A program made the translations under genes and the position numbers. Below the pieces are notes generated by a model that was not told the origin of the DNA, ran no database searches, and saw nothing but the letters and a program-made list of their open reading frames with translations. 37,815 nt of DNA from NCBI GenBank assembly GCA_002683515.1, contig NYTN01000011.1, positions 1 to 37,815 on the forward strand, in the 5' to 3' direction. Numbering within the stretch: the first letter of the stretch is position 1; each line of letters starts with the position of its first letter. The DNA is from Rhodobiaceae bacterium (GTDB lineage: Bacteria > Pseudomonadota > Alphaproteobacteria > RS24). Positions 1 to 8,374 of this stretch are shown here, in pieces.

Positions 1-609
1 TAACCAACAGGTCTGCGCGATATCGCCCGGACGATTATCAAGGGGTCGATTATGTGGCGCTTCTGGTTCAAGCAATTGCGTGGCAAAGGTTTTGACCTCT
101 GCTTTTAATTTGGGAAGCGGCGTGTTGAGCGCCAAAAGCCGTGCCAGCACTCGCTCAATATTGCCATCCACCGGCGCGGCCTGTTGGTTAAAAGCAATTG
201 CTGCAATCGCCGCCGCCGTATAAGGGCCAATTCCGGGCAGGCTGAGCAGCGCGCTTTCCGACTGCGGAAATATCCCATTATGCTCGGCAACCAGAGTGCG
301 CGCACATTTTAAAAGATTGCGGGCGCGGGTGTAATATCCAAGCCCGGCCCAAGCCGTCATCACTTTATCATCGGGCGCGGCGGCCAGATCGTGAATTGTT
401 GGGAAAAGATTTAAGAACTTCTCATAATAGGGCTTCACTGTCACAACGGTTGTCTGTTGGAGCATTATTTCGGACAGCCAGACGCGATAAGGGTCAGGCG
501 CCTCATCTGGTAGGGCGCGCCAAGGCAAAACACGCCGATGGCAGTCATACCAACCCAATAGTTTTTGGGCGGCTTGGGTTTTAATCAAATTATTTTTGCG
601 CTCGGGCAT
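1..609 (-). CDS. mutY: A/G-specific adenine DNA glycosylase MutY, 5' part (runs off the left edge; absent from the ORF track)
   Basis: Manual minus-strand translation from ATG at 609: LLGWYDCHRRVLPWR...DPYRVWLSEIMLQQTTV...WAGLGYYTRARNL...LPGIGPYTAAAIAAIAF (HhH)...VDGNIERVLARL...RPGDIAQ. Confidence 0.97.
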   Translation of the reverse strand, partial: MPERKNNLIKTQAAQKLLGWYDCHRRVLPWRALPDEAPDPYRVWLSEIMLQQTTVVTVKPYYEKFLNLFPTIHDLAAAPDDKVMTAWAGLGYYTRARNLLKCARTLVAEHNGIFPQSESALLSLPGIGPYTAAAIAAIAFNQQAAPVDGNIERVLARLLALNTPLPKLKAEVKTFATQLLEPEAPHNRPLDNRPGDIAQTCWL

Positions 610-636
610 GAGTTTCTTGTAACATGAAGACTGATT

Positions 637-1164
637 ATGGCGGATAAATTTGACAGCAATCCGCTCCGCAGTTACGGCACGCCACATGTGTCTAAAGTGC
701 TGGGGCGCATTACAGGACGCACCATGAATAGGCGCGGCTTTAGTGATAGCCGTATGCTGGAAAATTGGTCGGCGATTGTCGGGCCGCAACTTGCCGCGAT
801 GAGCCAGCCCGTTCGTCTGTCCCGCCGCAAAAGCGGACGCGATGGTGGCGACACTTCTAGTAATCCTGGCGGCAGTGGTGGAGGCGTGCTGACAGTCAAA
901 GCTGAAGGGGCGATTGCGCTGGAAATCCAGCATCTCGCGCCGCAGATTATTGATCGCCTCAACGGCTATTATGGGCATGCCGCGATTTCTCGGCTAAATA
1001 TTATTCAAGGGCCGGTGACGATGACACCGTCACCTCTCAACCCGCCACCTATAAAAGAAGAAGATATTTCTGCTCTGGCGGATGATTTTGAAGAGATTGA
1101 AACCCCGCGTTTAAAACGGGCTTTGGCGTCACTTGCCCTGCTCATGCGCCGGGATAGGGGATAA
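637..1164 (+). CDS. dciA: DUF721/DciA-family protein (putative replicative helicase loading factor)
   Basis: NWSAIVGPQLAAMSQP...LTVKAEGAIALEIQHLAPQIIDRLNGYYGHAAISRLNIIQ is the typical alphaproteobacterial DUF721 pattern; it sits in the usual position divergent from mutY. Confidence 0.82.
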   Translation: MADKFDSNPLRSYGTPHVSKVLGRITGRTMNRRGFSDSRMLENWSAIVGPQLAAMSQPVRLSRRKSGRDGGDTSSNPGGSGGGVLTVKAEGAIALEIQHLAPQIIDRLNGYYGHAAISRLNIIQGPVTMTPSPLNPPPIKEEDISALADDFEEIETPRLKRALASLALLMRRDRG

Positions 1165-1349
1165 AATTGTCCACAGCTTGCGTTAATGCATGCCTTCAAT
1201 TGATGTATACGGATTCGGCTTGTGCGCGCCATAAGGCTATAATTAAGTCTGGACGTGATTCGGAGGTGTCAGGCCTTTGATGCATTAATTAAGTGGCGTA
1301 TTAAAAGTCATAAGTAGAAGTTTTCTAAGTTTATAAACGAAAGAAAAAA

Positions 1350-2132
1350 ATGAAGCATTTAAACCTTATCCTTACCTCAATCGCCATGTTGGTTTGTCTG
1401 TCTTTACTAGTCTCTGTTCTGACTGATATGGGCACAGATAAATATGCGGCAAGAAACGCGGAGCAAGCCAAATCCGCCATAGCAAATGCAAATTTTGATA
1501 TTTTGCAAACGTCTTCAGTTGATGCTGAAATTATCGAGGTCAAATCAGGTGGGGCGCTGGATACACCTAATCCTTTGGGTGAAATTTCAGTCGGCGACGC
1601 AAACGCACCCATTAAGGTTTATGAATATGCTTCCCTGACATGCGGGCATTGTGCGGCATTTCATAATGACGTTCTGCCCGATTTGAAAACACAATATGTC
1701 GATACGGGGCTGGTGCAGTTTAACTTCCGGCCTTTCCCGCTTGACCCTTATGCCATGACAGGCGCAATGCTGGTTCAATGTGCCGTTCCCAAAGCTCGTA
1801 TGGCGTTTCTCGAAACACTTTTTAAGCGTCAGATGCAATGGGTAAGAAGCGACGATCCGCTTAACAGCTTACGGGCCTACGCCAAGCAAGCTGGAATGAG
1901 TGGCGAAAATTTTGTGATGTGTCTTCAAAGCGAGGACAATCTGACAGCCGTACGGCGCATGTATTCTGCCGCTAAAGATGAACTAGGCGTTGAGTCCACC
2001 CCGACATTCTTTGTTAATGGTGAGAAAGTTGCGGGCAATATCGGTCTCGAGAAGTTCAAAAAACTACTCGATAAAAAACTGAAAAAAATGGGCATTGATG
2101 CGCCCGAGGAAAAAGAAAGTTCCGGTCTATGA
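1350..2132 (+). CDS. DsbA-family thioredoxin-fold protein with N-terminal membrane anchor/signal
   Basis: Hydrophobic N-terminus; EYASLTCGHCAAFH (CxxC) and GVESTPTFFVNG (cis-Pro loop); stop overlaps the smc start (ATGA). Confidence 0.92.
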   Translation: MKHLNLILTSIAMLVCLSLLVSVLTDMGTDKYAARNAEQAKSAIANANFDILQTSSVDAEIIEVKSGGALDTPNPLGEISVGDANAPIKVYEYASLTCGHCAAFHNDVLPDLKTQYVDTGLVQFNFRPFPLDPYAMTGAMLVQCAVPKARMAFLETLFKRQMQWVRSDDPLNSLRAYAKQAGMSGENFVMCLQSEDNLTAVRRMYSAAKDELGVESTPTFFVNGEKVAGNIGLEKFKKLLDKKLKKMGIDAPEEKESSGL

Positions 2133-5100
2133 AATTTGATCGCCTGCGGCTATCTGGATTCAAATCCTTTGTTGATCCGGTTGATTTGCAAATTCTTCCT
2201 GGGCTGACATGGGTTGTGGGCCCAAATGGGTGCGGTAAGTCTAATCTGCTTGAAGCTCTGCGCTGGGTGATGGGGGAAACTTCGTTTAAATCAATGCGCG
2301 GCGCGGGTATGGAAGATGTGATTTTTTCTGGCACGACAGGGCGTCCGTCGCGTAATAATGCCGAAGTTTCCTTGTTGCTCGACAATCAGCAAAAGACCGC
2401 GCCGCCTGAATTCAATGATGAAGAAAGTGTCGAAGTCACCCGCCGTATTGAACGTGATGCCGGTTCCGCTTATCGCATTAACGGGCGTGATGTCAGAGCC
2501 AAAGATGTGCAACTTTTATTTGCCGATGCATCGACAGGTGCGCGTTCGCCTGCGCTGGTCAAGCAGGGACAGATTGGTGAATTGATAAATGCTAAGCCTG
2601 AAGCACGCCGCAAAATTCTAGAGGAAGCCGCGGGTATATCCGGTCTCCACACGCGTCGTCATGATGCCGAGTTGCGGCTCAGAGGTGCGGAAAGCAATCT
2701 TGAAAAAGTCGATGACTCACTGGAGATACTTCATAATAATTTGCGCGCGTTGAAGCGGCAGGTAAGACAAGCGACACGCTACAAGAATCTGTCGGGTCAG
2801 ATTAAGGAAGTTGAAGCGCTGGCGCTTCATTTGCGTTGGCAACAGGCGCTGGACGCTGCGACAGAAGCCGAAAATGCTCTTGCCGCTGCTGAGGCATCCG
2901 TTGCGTCCTTAACAGGTGATTCTGCCAGTGCCAGCACCGAACAACTCACGGCGCAGGATGCCTTGCCACCGCTGCGTGAAAAGGAAGCCGAGTGTGCAGC
3001 TATTTATCGCCGCCTGACGATTGAGCAGGATGGGCTGGAAAAAGAAGCCCAACGCGCAACAGAAACTGTGAACCGGCTTATAGCTCAGATTGAAACCATC
3101 CAGGAAGATACGCGACGCGAGCAAGATGTTCTGACGGATGCTGAAAATCAGTTGAAACAAATTACCGAAGAAAAAGAAATCTTGCAGGAGAAAAATGCCG
3201 GTGCATCAGGTGAAGCTGTCCGTGCAGCTGAAAAAGCTGCGCAGGAAAAATGTGATTCGTCCGAAAAACGCCTTGCCGAAGCAGAAAATGAGCTGAATAC
3301 AACCATTCGTAAGCTTGCAGCGCATCAAGCCCGAAAGAACGAGATAACTGTGGCACTTGAGAATAATCGCAAGAAGCATGCCCGTATTGAAGAAGAACGC
3401 ACGCGACTTGAGCTAGAGCGCGACACCTTGCTTGAGGAGGGGGTATCGGAAACTCGTCGTCAGGAATTAAAAATAAGCATAAGTGCTTTGTCTGAGGACT
3501 ATAAAAAAGCCGTCGAGTCAGTGCAGGGCGCACATGACCACTTGGTGGTTTGCACTGAACAAGCCGAAACACGCGCCGAGCCATCGCGCCAAGCGCGTGC
3601 GGTGCTTGAGCGTCTGCTGGGTGAGCAGTCAGCTTTACAGGCAATTTTGAGCACCTCAGAAGAAGCAGACATGCCTGGCTTGATTGAAACTCTTAAAGTC
3701 GAAACAGGATATGAGGCTGCGCTGGGAGCAGCTTTTGGCGATGATTTGAATGCCCCTTCTGACTCTGAGGCTGCCGCACATTGGTTGGCCTTGCCCCCCT
3801 TATCTGAGTTACCTTCTTTACCTGAGGGTGCGACGCCATTATCGGGGTATGTTGACGGATCGGATGTGTTGAGTAGAAGTCTATCTCTCGTAGGGCTCGT
3901 TAACCGCTCAATGGGGGCGGCATTGCAAAAAAGCCTCTCACCCGGTCAGCGACTGGTTAGCGTTGAGGGTGATTTGTGGCGCTGGGATGGTTATTGCGCT
4001 ACAGCCGACGCAAAAACGCCGGCTGCGCAAAGACTTGCACAAATGAATCGTCTTGAGGCTATTATGCCTGAAATCGCGACAGCAGAACAGAACGCCAATA
4101 CAGCAGATGAGGCTGCTCAAACCGCTAAGGCCAAAGTTCGCGAAGCAACGGATGCTGACAATAGTTGCCGCGAACAACTGAAGCAGATTCAGATAAAACT
4201 CACAGAGGCGCGTGAAGAGCTTTCTGAAATGGAAAGTGGCGCCGAAAAACAAATTTCGCGTCTTGCCGCGATTGAGGAAGCTTGTCAGCGCATGACATCT
4301 GATATTGATGAACTTGCGGGTATGATTAAGGCGGGTGAAGGTGACCTTCAGGCACTGGAAGATGGCGGGGACGCTCTTACATCTGAACAATCCTCTCATC
4401 AGGAACTGGTTGGGGAGGCACGGAGTGTTTTCGCACAGGATCGTGCGGAGCGGGAAAGTCTCGTAAGGGAGAGAAATGAACGCGAAAGTAGATTGAAGCG
4501 TTTAGAGCAAGATGCGGATAGCTGGCAAAGCAGGTTAGAAAATTCACATCAGCAAATTGAAAGCCTGAATGCGCGTCAAACACATACAGATCAAGAGAAA
4601 TTGGAAGCAGAAAATATTCCGCAGAAACTTGCCGAACGGAGTTCTGCACTGGTCGAGCAGATCAATCTTGCAGAAACCAATCGCAAACAGGCGGCTGATA
4701 CACTTGCAGAAGCCGAGAACCGCCTTGCTGAAGCTGATAAGCGCCATCGTGCCGCGCAATCTGCGCTCTCGGAGGTCCGTGAAACCCGTGCAGCGTTGGC
4801 AGCTAAAACAACTGCTGCGAAGGAACGGCTTGAAGAAATAGGGCAAAATATAAAGGACACGCTTCATTGTGCGCCTGAAGATGCACTCGCCATTGCCAAT
4901 TTCGACTCGGAGAAGAAATTCCCGGAAAGTGAGGAGATCGAAGCAAAACTTGAACGCTATCGTCGCGAAAGAGAAAGTCTTGGGGGCGTTAATCTGCGTG
5001 CAGAAGAAGAAGCGGAAGAAGTCGAAACTCAAATTAATGAAATTCAGACGGAACGCGATGATTTATCTAAGGCAATTAACAAATTGCGGTATGGTATCGG

Positions 5101-5653
5101 TCAGTTGAACCGTGAGGGGCGGGAGCGCTTATTGGCTGCTTTTGAGACAGTTAATGGTCATTTCGCTAAATTGTTCACGCAACTCTTTGGTGGTGGTACT
5201 GCGGAGCTCAAGCTAACAGAATCTGACGACCCTTTGGAAGCCGGCCTTGAAATTATCGCTCATCCACCTGGCAAAAAGCCTCAGGTTATGTCTCTCTTGT
5301 CAGGGGGCGAGCAGGCCTTAACAGCGATGTCGCTTATTTTTGCCGTATTCTTGACCAATCCGTCCCCAATTTGTGTTCTTGATGAGGTTGATGCACCGCT
5401 TGATGACGCAAATGTTGAACGTTTTTGCAATATGTTAACGAACATTGCTGACTCATCTGACACACGATTTTTGATTATTACGCACCATGCCTTGACCATG
5501 GCGCGTGTGAACCGTCTGTTTGGCGTCACCATGCAGGAGCGAGGAGTGAGTCAGCTTATTTCAGTTGATTTGGCGACTGCAGAGCAATTTGCTGAGACCG
5601 GTCGGGATTTGTCAACTGATCAAAATAAAGATGAAATGAAATCAGTGGGTTAG
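2129..5653 (+). CDS. smc: Chromosome segregation protein SMC
   Basis: GFKSF; Walker A GPNGCGKSN; long coiled coils; hinge GDLWRWDG; signature LSGGEQAL; Walker B LDEVDAPLD; IITHH. Confidence 0.99.
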   Translation: MKFDRLRLSGFKSFVDPVDLQILPGLTWVVGPNGCGKSNLLEALRWVMGETSFKSMRGAGMEDVIFSGTTGRPSRNNAEVSLLLDNQQKTAPPEFNDEESVEVTRRIERDAGSAYRINGRDVRAKDVQLLFADASTGARSPALVKQGQIGELINAKPEARRKILEEAAGISGLHTRRHDAELRLRGAESNLEKVDDSLEILHNNLRALKRQVRQATRYKNLSGQIKEVEALALHLRWQQALDAATEAENALAAAEASVASLTGDSASASTEQLTAQDALPPLREKEAECAAIYRRLTIEQDGLEKEAQRATETVNRLIAQIETIQEDTRREQDVLTDAENQLKQITEEKEILQEKNAGASGEAVRAAEKAAQEKCDSSEKRLAEAENELNTTIRKLAAHQARKNEITVALENNRKKHARIEEERTRLELERDTLLEEGVSETRRQELKISISALSEDYKKAVESVQGAHDHLVVCTEQAETRAEPSRQARAVLERLLGEQSALQAILSTSEEADMPGLIETLKVETGYEAALGAAFGDDLNAPSDSEAAAHWLALPPLSELPSLPEGATPLSGYVDGSDVLSRSLSLVGLVNRSMGAALQKSLSPGQRLVSVEGDLWRWDGYCATADAKTPAAQRLAQMNRLEAIMPEIATAEQNANTADEAAQTAKAKVREATDADNSCREQLKQIQIKLTEAREELSEMESGAEKQISRLAAIEEACQRMTSDIDELAGMIKAGEGDLQALEDGGDALTSEQSSHQELVGEARSVFAQDRAERESLVRERNERESRLKRLEQDADSWQSRLENSHQQIESLNARQTHTDQEKLEAENIPQKLAERSSALVEQINLAETNRKQAADTLAEAENRLAEADKRHRAAQSALSEVRETRAALAAKTTAAKERLEEIGQNIKDTLHCAPEDALAIANFDSEKKFPESEEIEAKLERYRRERESLGGVNLRAEEEAEEVETQINEIQTERDDLSKAINKLRYGIGQLNREGRERLLAAFETVNGHFAKLFTQLFGGGTAELKLTESDDPLEAGLEIIAHPPGKKPQVMSLLSGGEQALTAMSLIFAVFLTNPSPICVLDEVDAPLDDANVERFCNMLTNIADSSDTRFLIITHHALTMARVNRLFGVTMQERGVSQLISVDLATAEQFAETGRDLSTDQNKDEMKSVG

Positions 5654-5668
5654 TGACTTGCTGGTGGC

Positions 5669-5697
5669 TTGACAGGCGTTTCTGCTGGGGATAGTGT
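5669..5697 (+). promoter_or_regulatory. Sigma70-type promoter of the atp F0 operon
   Basis: TTGACA (5669-5674), 17 nt spacer, TAGTGT (5692-5697), about 45 nt upstream of the atpI start. Confidence 0.7.
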
Positions 5698-5740
5698 GCG
5701 CGAAAGTTTGGGTATTTCTTACCTGCTTTGAGGGAGCATT

Positions 5741-6214
5741 TTGAACCGTCACGATAAAGCCAATAAATCAGGAAAATCAAGCGTCGCTGATGATACAAAT
5801 CAGGAGGCGTCTAAGATTTTTGGAACTGATTTGCAAACTGGTTTTAATTCCGAGGTTCTTTCCAGCCTTCAAGAGCGCGTAAGTAAAGCTCGGAAACCGC
5901 AAACTCCTCTATCTGAAACAAAAGGTCGGGGTTCTGCTATCGGAATGGCATACCGACTTTCTATGGAATTGGTTGTCGGCATTGTCGTAGGCGGTTTTAT
6001 TGGTTGGTGGTTGGATAAATGGTTATCCACCAAACCGATTTTTTTGCTGGTCATGCTACTACTTGGTATGATAGCAGGTGTGTTGAATATGTTACGGACA
6101 GCCCGTGACATGAGACAAGTTTTAGGGGTCGATGAAACCACAGTTTCTGAGGATGTTACGAACACGACATCAGAAACAAAAAAAGAAAATAAAGAGTATT
6201 CTGACGGCTCTTAA
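5741..6214 (+). CDS. atpI: AtpZ/AtpI-family ATP synthase accessory protein
   Basis: ELVVGIVVGGFIGWWLDKWLSTKPIFLLVMLLLGMIAGVLNM two-TM signature; first gene of the F0 operon; TTG start with GAGGGAG upstream (start uncertain). Confidence 0.9.
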   Translation: MNRHDKANKSGKSSVADDTNQEASKIFGTDLQTGFNSEVLSSLQERVSKARKPQTPLSETKGRGSAIGMAYRLSMELVVGIVVGGFIGWWLDKWLSTKPIFLLVMLLLGMIAGVLNMLRTARDMRQVLGVDETTVSEDVTNTTSETKKENKEYSDGS

Positions 6215-6299
6215 AATTAGTTCAGAGAGATTGTTTTCGGGCCTATCCCCAGACCGGTTATACCACTGGAAGATAAGTCCCCAAGATACGGAGTAAAAA

Positions 6300-7100
6300 T
6301 TGGCTTCCAAATCTCATGGTGAGGTAAATGGGCAAGATGCGGGTGGGTTCAATGTTGACCCTATGCATCAATTCGAGGTTCATGCGATTTATGATCTTCC
6401 ACCAGTGGCGGGAATTGATGTCTCCTTTACCAATTCATCTCTCTGGATGATGATAGCTGTTACTGCGGCATCTCTTTTATTTATTTTTTCAGCCCGAAAG
6501 CCGACGCTTGTGCCCAGTAGGTTACAATCTTTTGGTGAGCTGACTTATGAATTTGTTGCTAACATGATCAGAGATAATGCCGGCAAGGAAGGTATGAAGT
6601 ATTTTCCTTTTGTCTTCACGCTTTTTGTCTTTGTGCTGTTTTGTAACATGCTTGGCATGATCCCTTATTCTTTTACAGTCACCAGCCATCTTATTGTTAC
6701 ATTTGCTTTGGCTTCTGCTGTGTTTTTTCTCGTTACAGGTGTTGGTTTTATCCGTCATGGCGTAGGCTTTTTAAAGCTGTTTGTGCCGTCGGGTATTCCG
6801 GTGGCGCTATTGCCACTATTGGTGGTGATTGAGCTAATTTCATATCTTACCCGCCCGGTCAGCCTGTCGGTGCGTCTGTTTGCCAATATGATGGCAGGAC
6901 ACACAATGCTAAAAGTTTTTGGCGGTTTTGCCGTCGCTTTCCTGTCCGCTGGAGGTGTGATGTCTGCCGGAGCGATTGCCCCTGTTGCCATGATGGTTGC
7001 CTTTACAGGGCTTGAATTTCTAATAGCCTTTTTGCAGGCCTATGTTTTTACGATTTTGACCTGCATTTATTTAAATGATGCAATTCATTTGGATCACTAA
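6300..7100 (+). CDS. atpB: F0F1 ATP synthase subunit a
   Basis: DPMHQF; SLSVRLFANMMAGH (conserved Arg); LQAYVFTILTCIYL; TTG start with GGAG RBS. Confidence 0.99.
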   Translation: MASKSHGEVNGQDAGGFNVDPMHQFEVHAIYDLPPVAGIDVSFTNSSLWMMIAVTAASLLFIFSARKPTLVPSRLQSFGELTYEFVANMIRDNAGKEGMKYFPFVFTLFVFVLFCNMLGMIPYSFTVTSHLIVTFALASAVFFLVTGVGFIRHGVGFLKLFVPSGIPVALLPLLVVIELISYLTRPVSLSVRLFANMMAGHTMLKVFGGFAVAFLSAGGVMSAGAIAPVAMMVAFTGLEFLIAFLQAYVFTILTCIYLNDAIHLDH

Positions 7101-7143
7101 CTTTAACTAACCGCCCAGATGGGCACATAAATGGAGAGAAACT

Positions 7144-7371
7144 ATGGAAGCAGAAGCAGCAAAATATATCGGCGCAGGCATTGCATGTATTGCCCTTGCA
7201 GGTGCAGGTATTTCAATTGGTACGATTTTTGGTAATTACCTTGCCGGTGCCCTTCGTAATCCTTCAGCAGCACAAAGCCAGTTCCCGAATCTTCTTCTCG
7301 GGTTTGCTTTGGCTGAGGCGACTGGCCTGTTTGGTCTTATTGTTGCACTTATTCTGCTGTTTGTTGTTTAA
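7144..7371 (+). CDS. atpE: F0F1 ATP synthase subunit c (H+-type)
   Basis: RNP loop and GFALAEATGLF with the ion-binding Glu; GGAGAG RBS. Confidence 0.99.
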   Translation: MEAEAAKYIGAGIACIALAGAGISIGTIFGNYLAGALRNPSAAQSQFPNLLLGFALAEATGLFGLIVALILLFVV

Positions 7372-7393
7372 GTTAACGAACAGAGAGACCTAA

Positions 7394-7885
7394 ATGCCTC
7401 AGCTCGATCCGGCATTCTTTGCGCCGCAACTTGTCTGGCTGTTTATCAGCTTTATTGCCTTGTATTTTTTGCTCGGTAGTTTTGCCTTGCCTAAAATCGG
7501 CGGTGTTATCAAAGCGCGACAAGACAGACTAGATGATGATTTAAGTCAGGCAGAAACCTTTCGGCAAGAAGCTGAACAGGCTATGGCTGATTATGAAACA
7601 GCGCTGGCGGAAGCCAGAAGCAAAGCTGCCGAAATTATTCAAGAAGTCAGGGATGCAACTGCTGCGGAATTGGCTAAAAAAGAGGCAGAGCTTGAGGAGA
7701 AACTCTCTGCTCAAGCAGCAGAGGCAGAAGGGCGTATTCAAGCGTCCCGTGTGGCGGCACTAACAGGTATTCAAGAGACGGCTGAAGCAGTCGTTGCCGA
7801 GATTGTACAAATTACCATAGGTCAGGAAGTTAAGGAAGATGCCGTTAAAAAAGCCGTCTCAGAAGAAATGAATAATCGGAGATAA
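7394..7885 (+). CDS. atpF2: F0F1 ATP synthase subunit b' (AtpF2/AtpG)
   Basis: MPQLD...QLVWL N-terminus, one TM helix, then an Ala/Glu-rich coiled coil; located between atpE and atpF. Confidence 0.95.
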   Translation: MPQLDPAFFAPQLVWLFISFIALYFLLGSFALPKIGGVIKARQDRLDDDLSQAETFRQEAEQAMADYETALAEARSKAAEIIQEVRDATAAELAKKEAELEEKLSAQAAEAEGRIQASRVAALTGIQETAEAVVAEIVQITIGQEVKEDAVKKAVSEEMNNRR

Positions 7886-7888
7886 CGC

Positions 7889-8374
7889 ATGAGTTTTGAC
7901 GCTTCCTTTTTTGTTGCTCTTTCTTTTGCTCTTGTCATTCTTGGGTTCCTAAAACTCGGATTGCCCGGTCGTGTTGCATCTATGCTCGACGCGCGCGCTG
8001 ATAAAATTCGTGGGGAACTTGAGCAGGCACAATGTCTTCGTGATGAGGCACAAGCCTTGCTGAAAAATTATCGGCAACGTGTCAAAAAAGCGGAAGAAGA
8101 GTCTCGATCAGTGATTGAACAGGCCAAGCTAGATTCCGAAAAAATGGCGGAAGATGCGAGCGCCGCCTTGCAGGCTCGATTAGAAAGAAAGACCCGTCAG
8201 GCTGAAGATAAAATTGCACAAGCAGAGGATCAACTTTCTCAAGAAATTCGTGCAATATCTGCAGAACTGGCCATCTCAGCGGCCGGAAAGCTTATCAGTG
8301 AGAACATTACCACTGAGACTACAGATAAAATCCTCGATAATTCAATTCAAAACGTCAGCAGTCATCTTAACTGA
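7889..8374 (+). CDS. atpF: F0F1 ATP synthase subunit b
   Basis: N-terminal TM helix, LDARADKIRGELEQA, coiled coil; last gene of the F0 operon. Confidence 0.95.
   Translation: MSFDASFFVALSFALVILGFLKLGLPGRVASMLDARADKIRGELEQAQCLRDEAQALLKNYRQRVKKAEEESRSVIEQAKLDSEKMAEDASAALQARLERKTRQAEDKIAQAEDQLSQEIRAISAELAISAAGKLISENITTETTDKILDNSIQNVSSHLN

Noticed and set aside
105-584. ORF-track calls 105..305 (-) and 396..584 (+)
   Set aside because: Both overlap the real mutY frame (609 to the edge), which the track missed because it has no stop in the window.
1285-1304. Possible CtrA box upstream of dsbA-smc
   Set aside because: The TTAA half-sites are 8 or 12 nt apart, not the canonical 7.
2129-5653. SMC as part of a Wadjet/Lamassu-type defence system
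   Set aside because: It is a canonical housekeeping SMC in the mutY-DUF721-dsbA-smc context, with no kleisin, KITE or nuclease partners adjacent.
7113-7124. GCCC-AGAT-GGGC hairpin between atpB and atpE as a terminator
   Set aside because: Only a 4-bp stem with no U-tract; at most an mRNA stability element.
7144-7371. Na+-coupled ATP synthase
   Set aside because: The c subunit has Glu-Ala (AEAT) and lacks the helix-1 Gln and the Glu-Ser/Thr Na+-binding signature.
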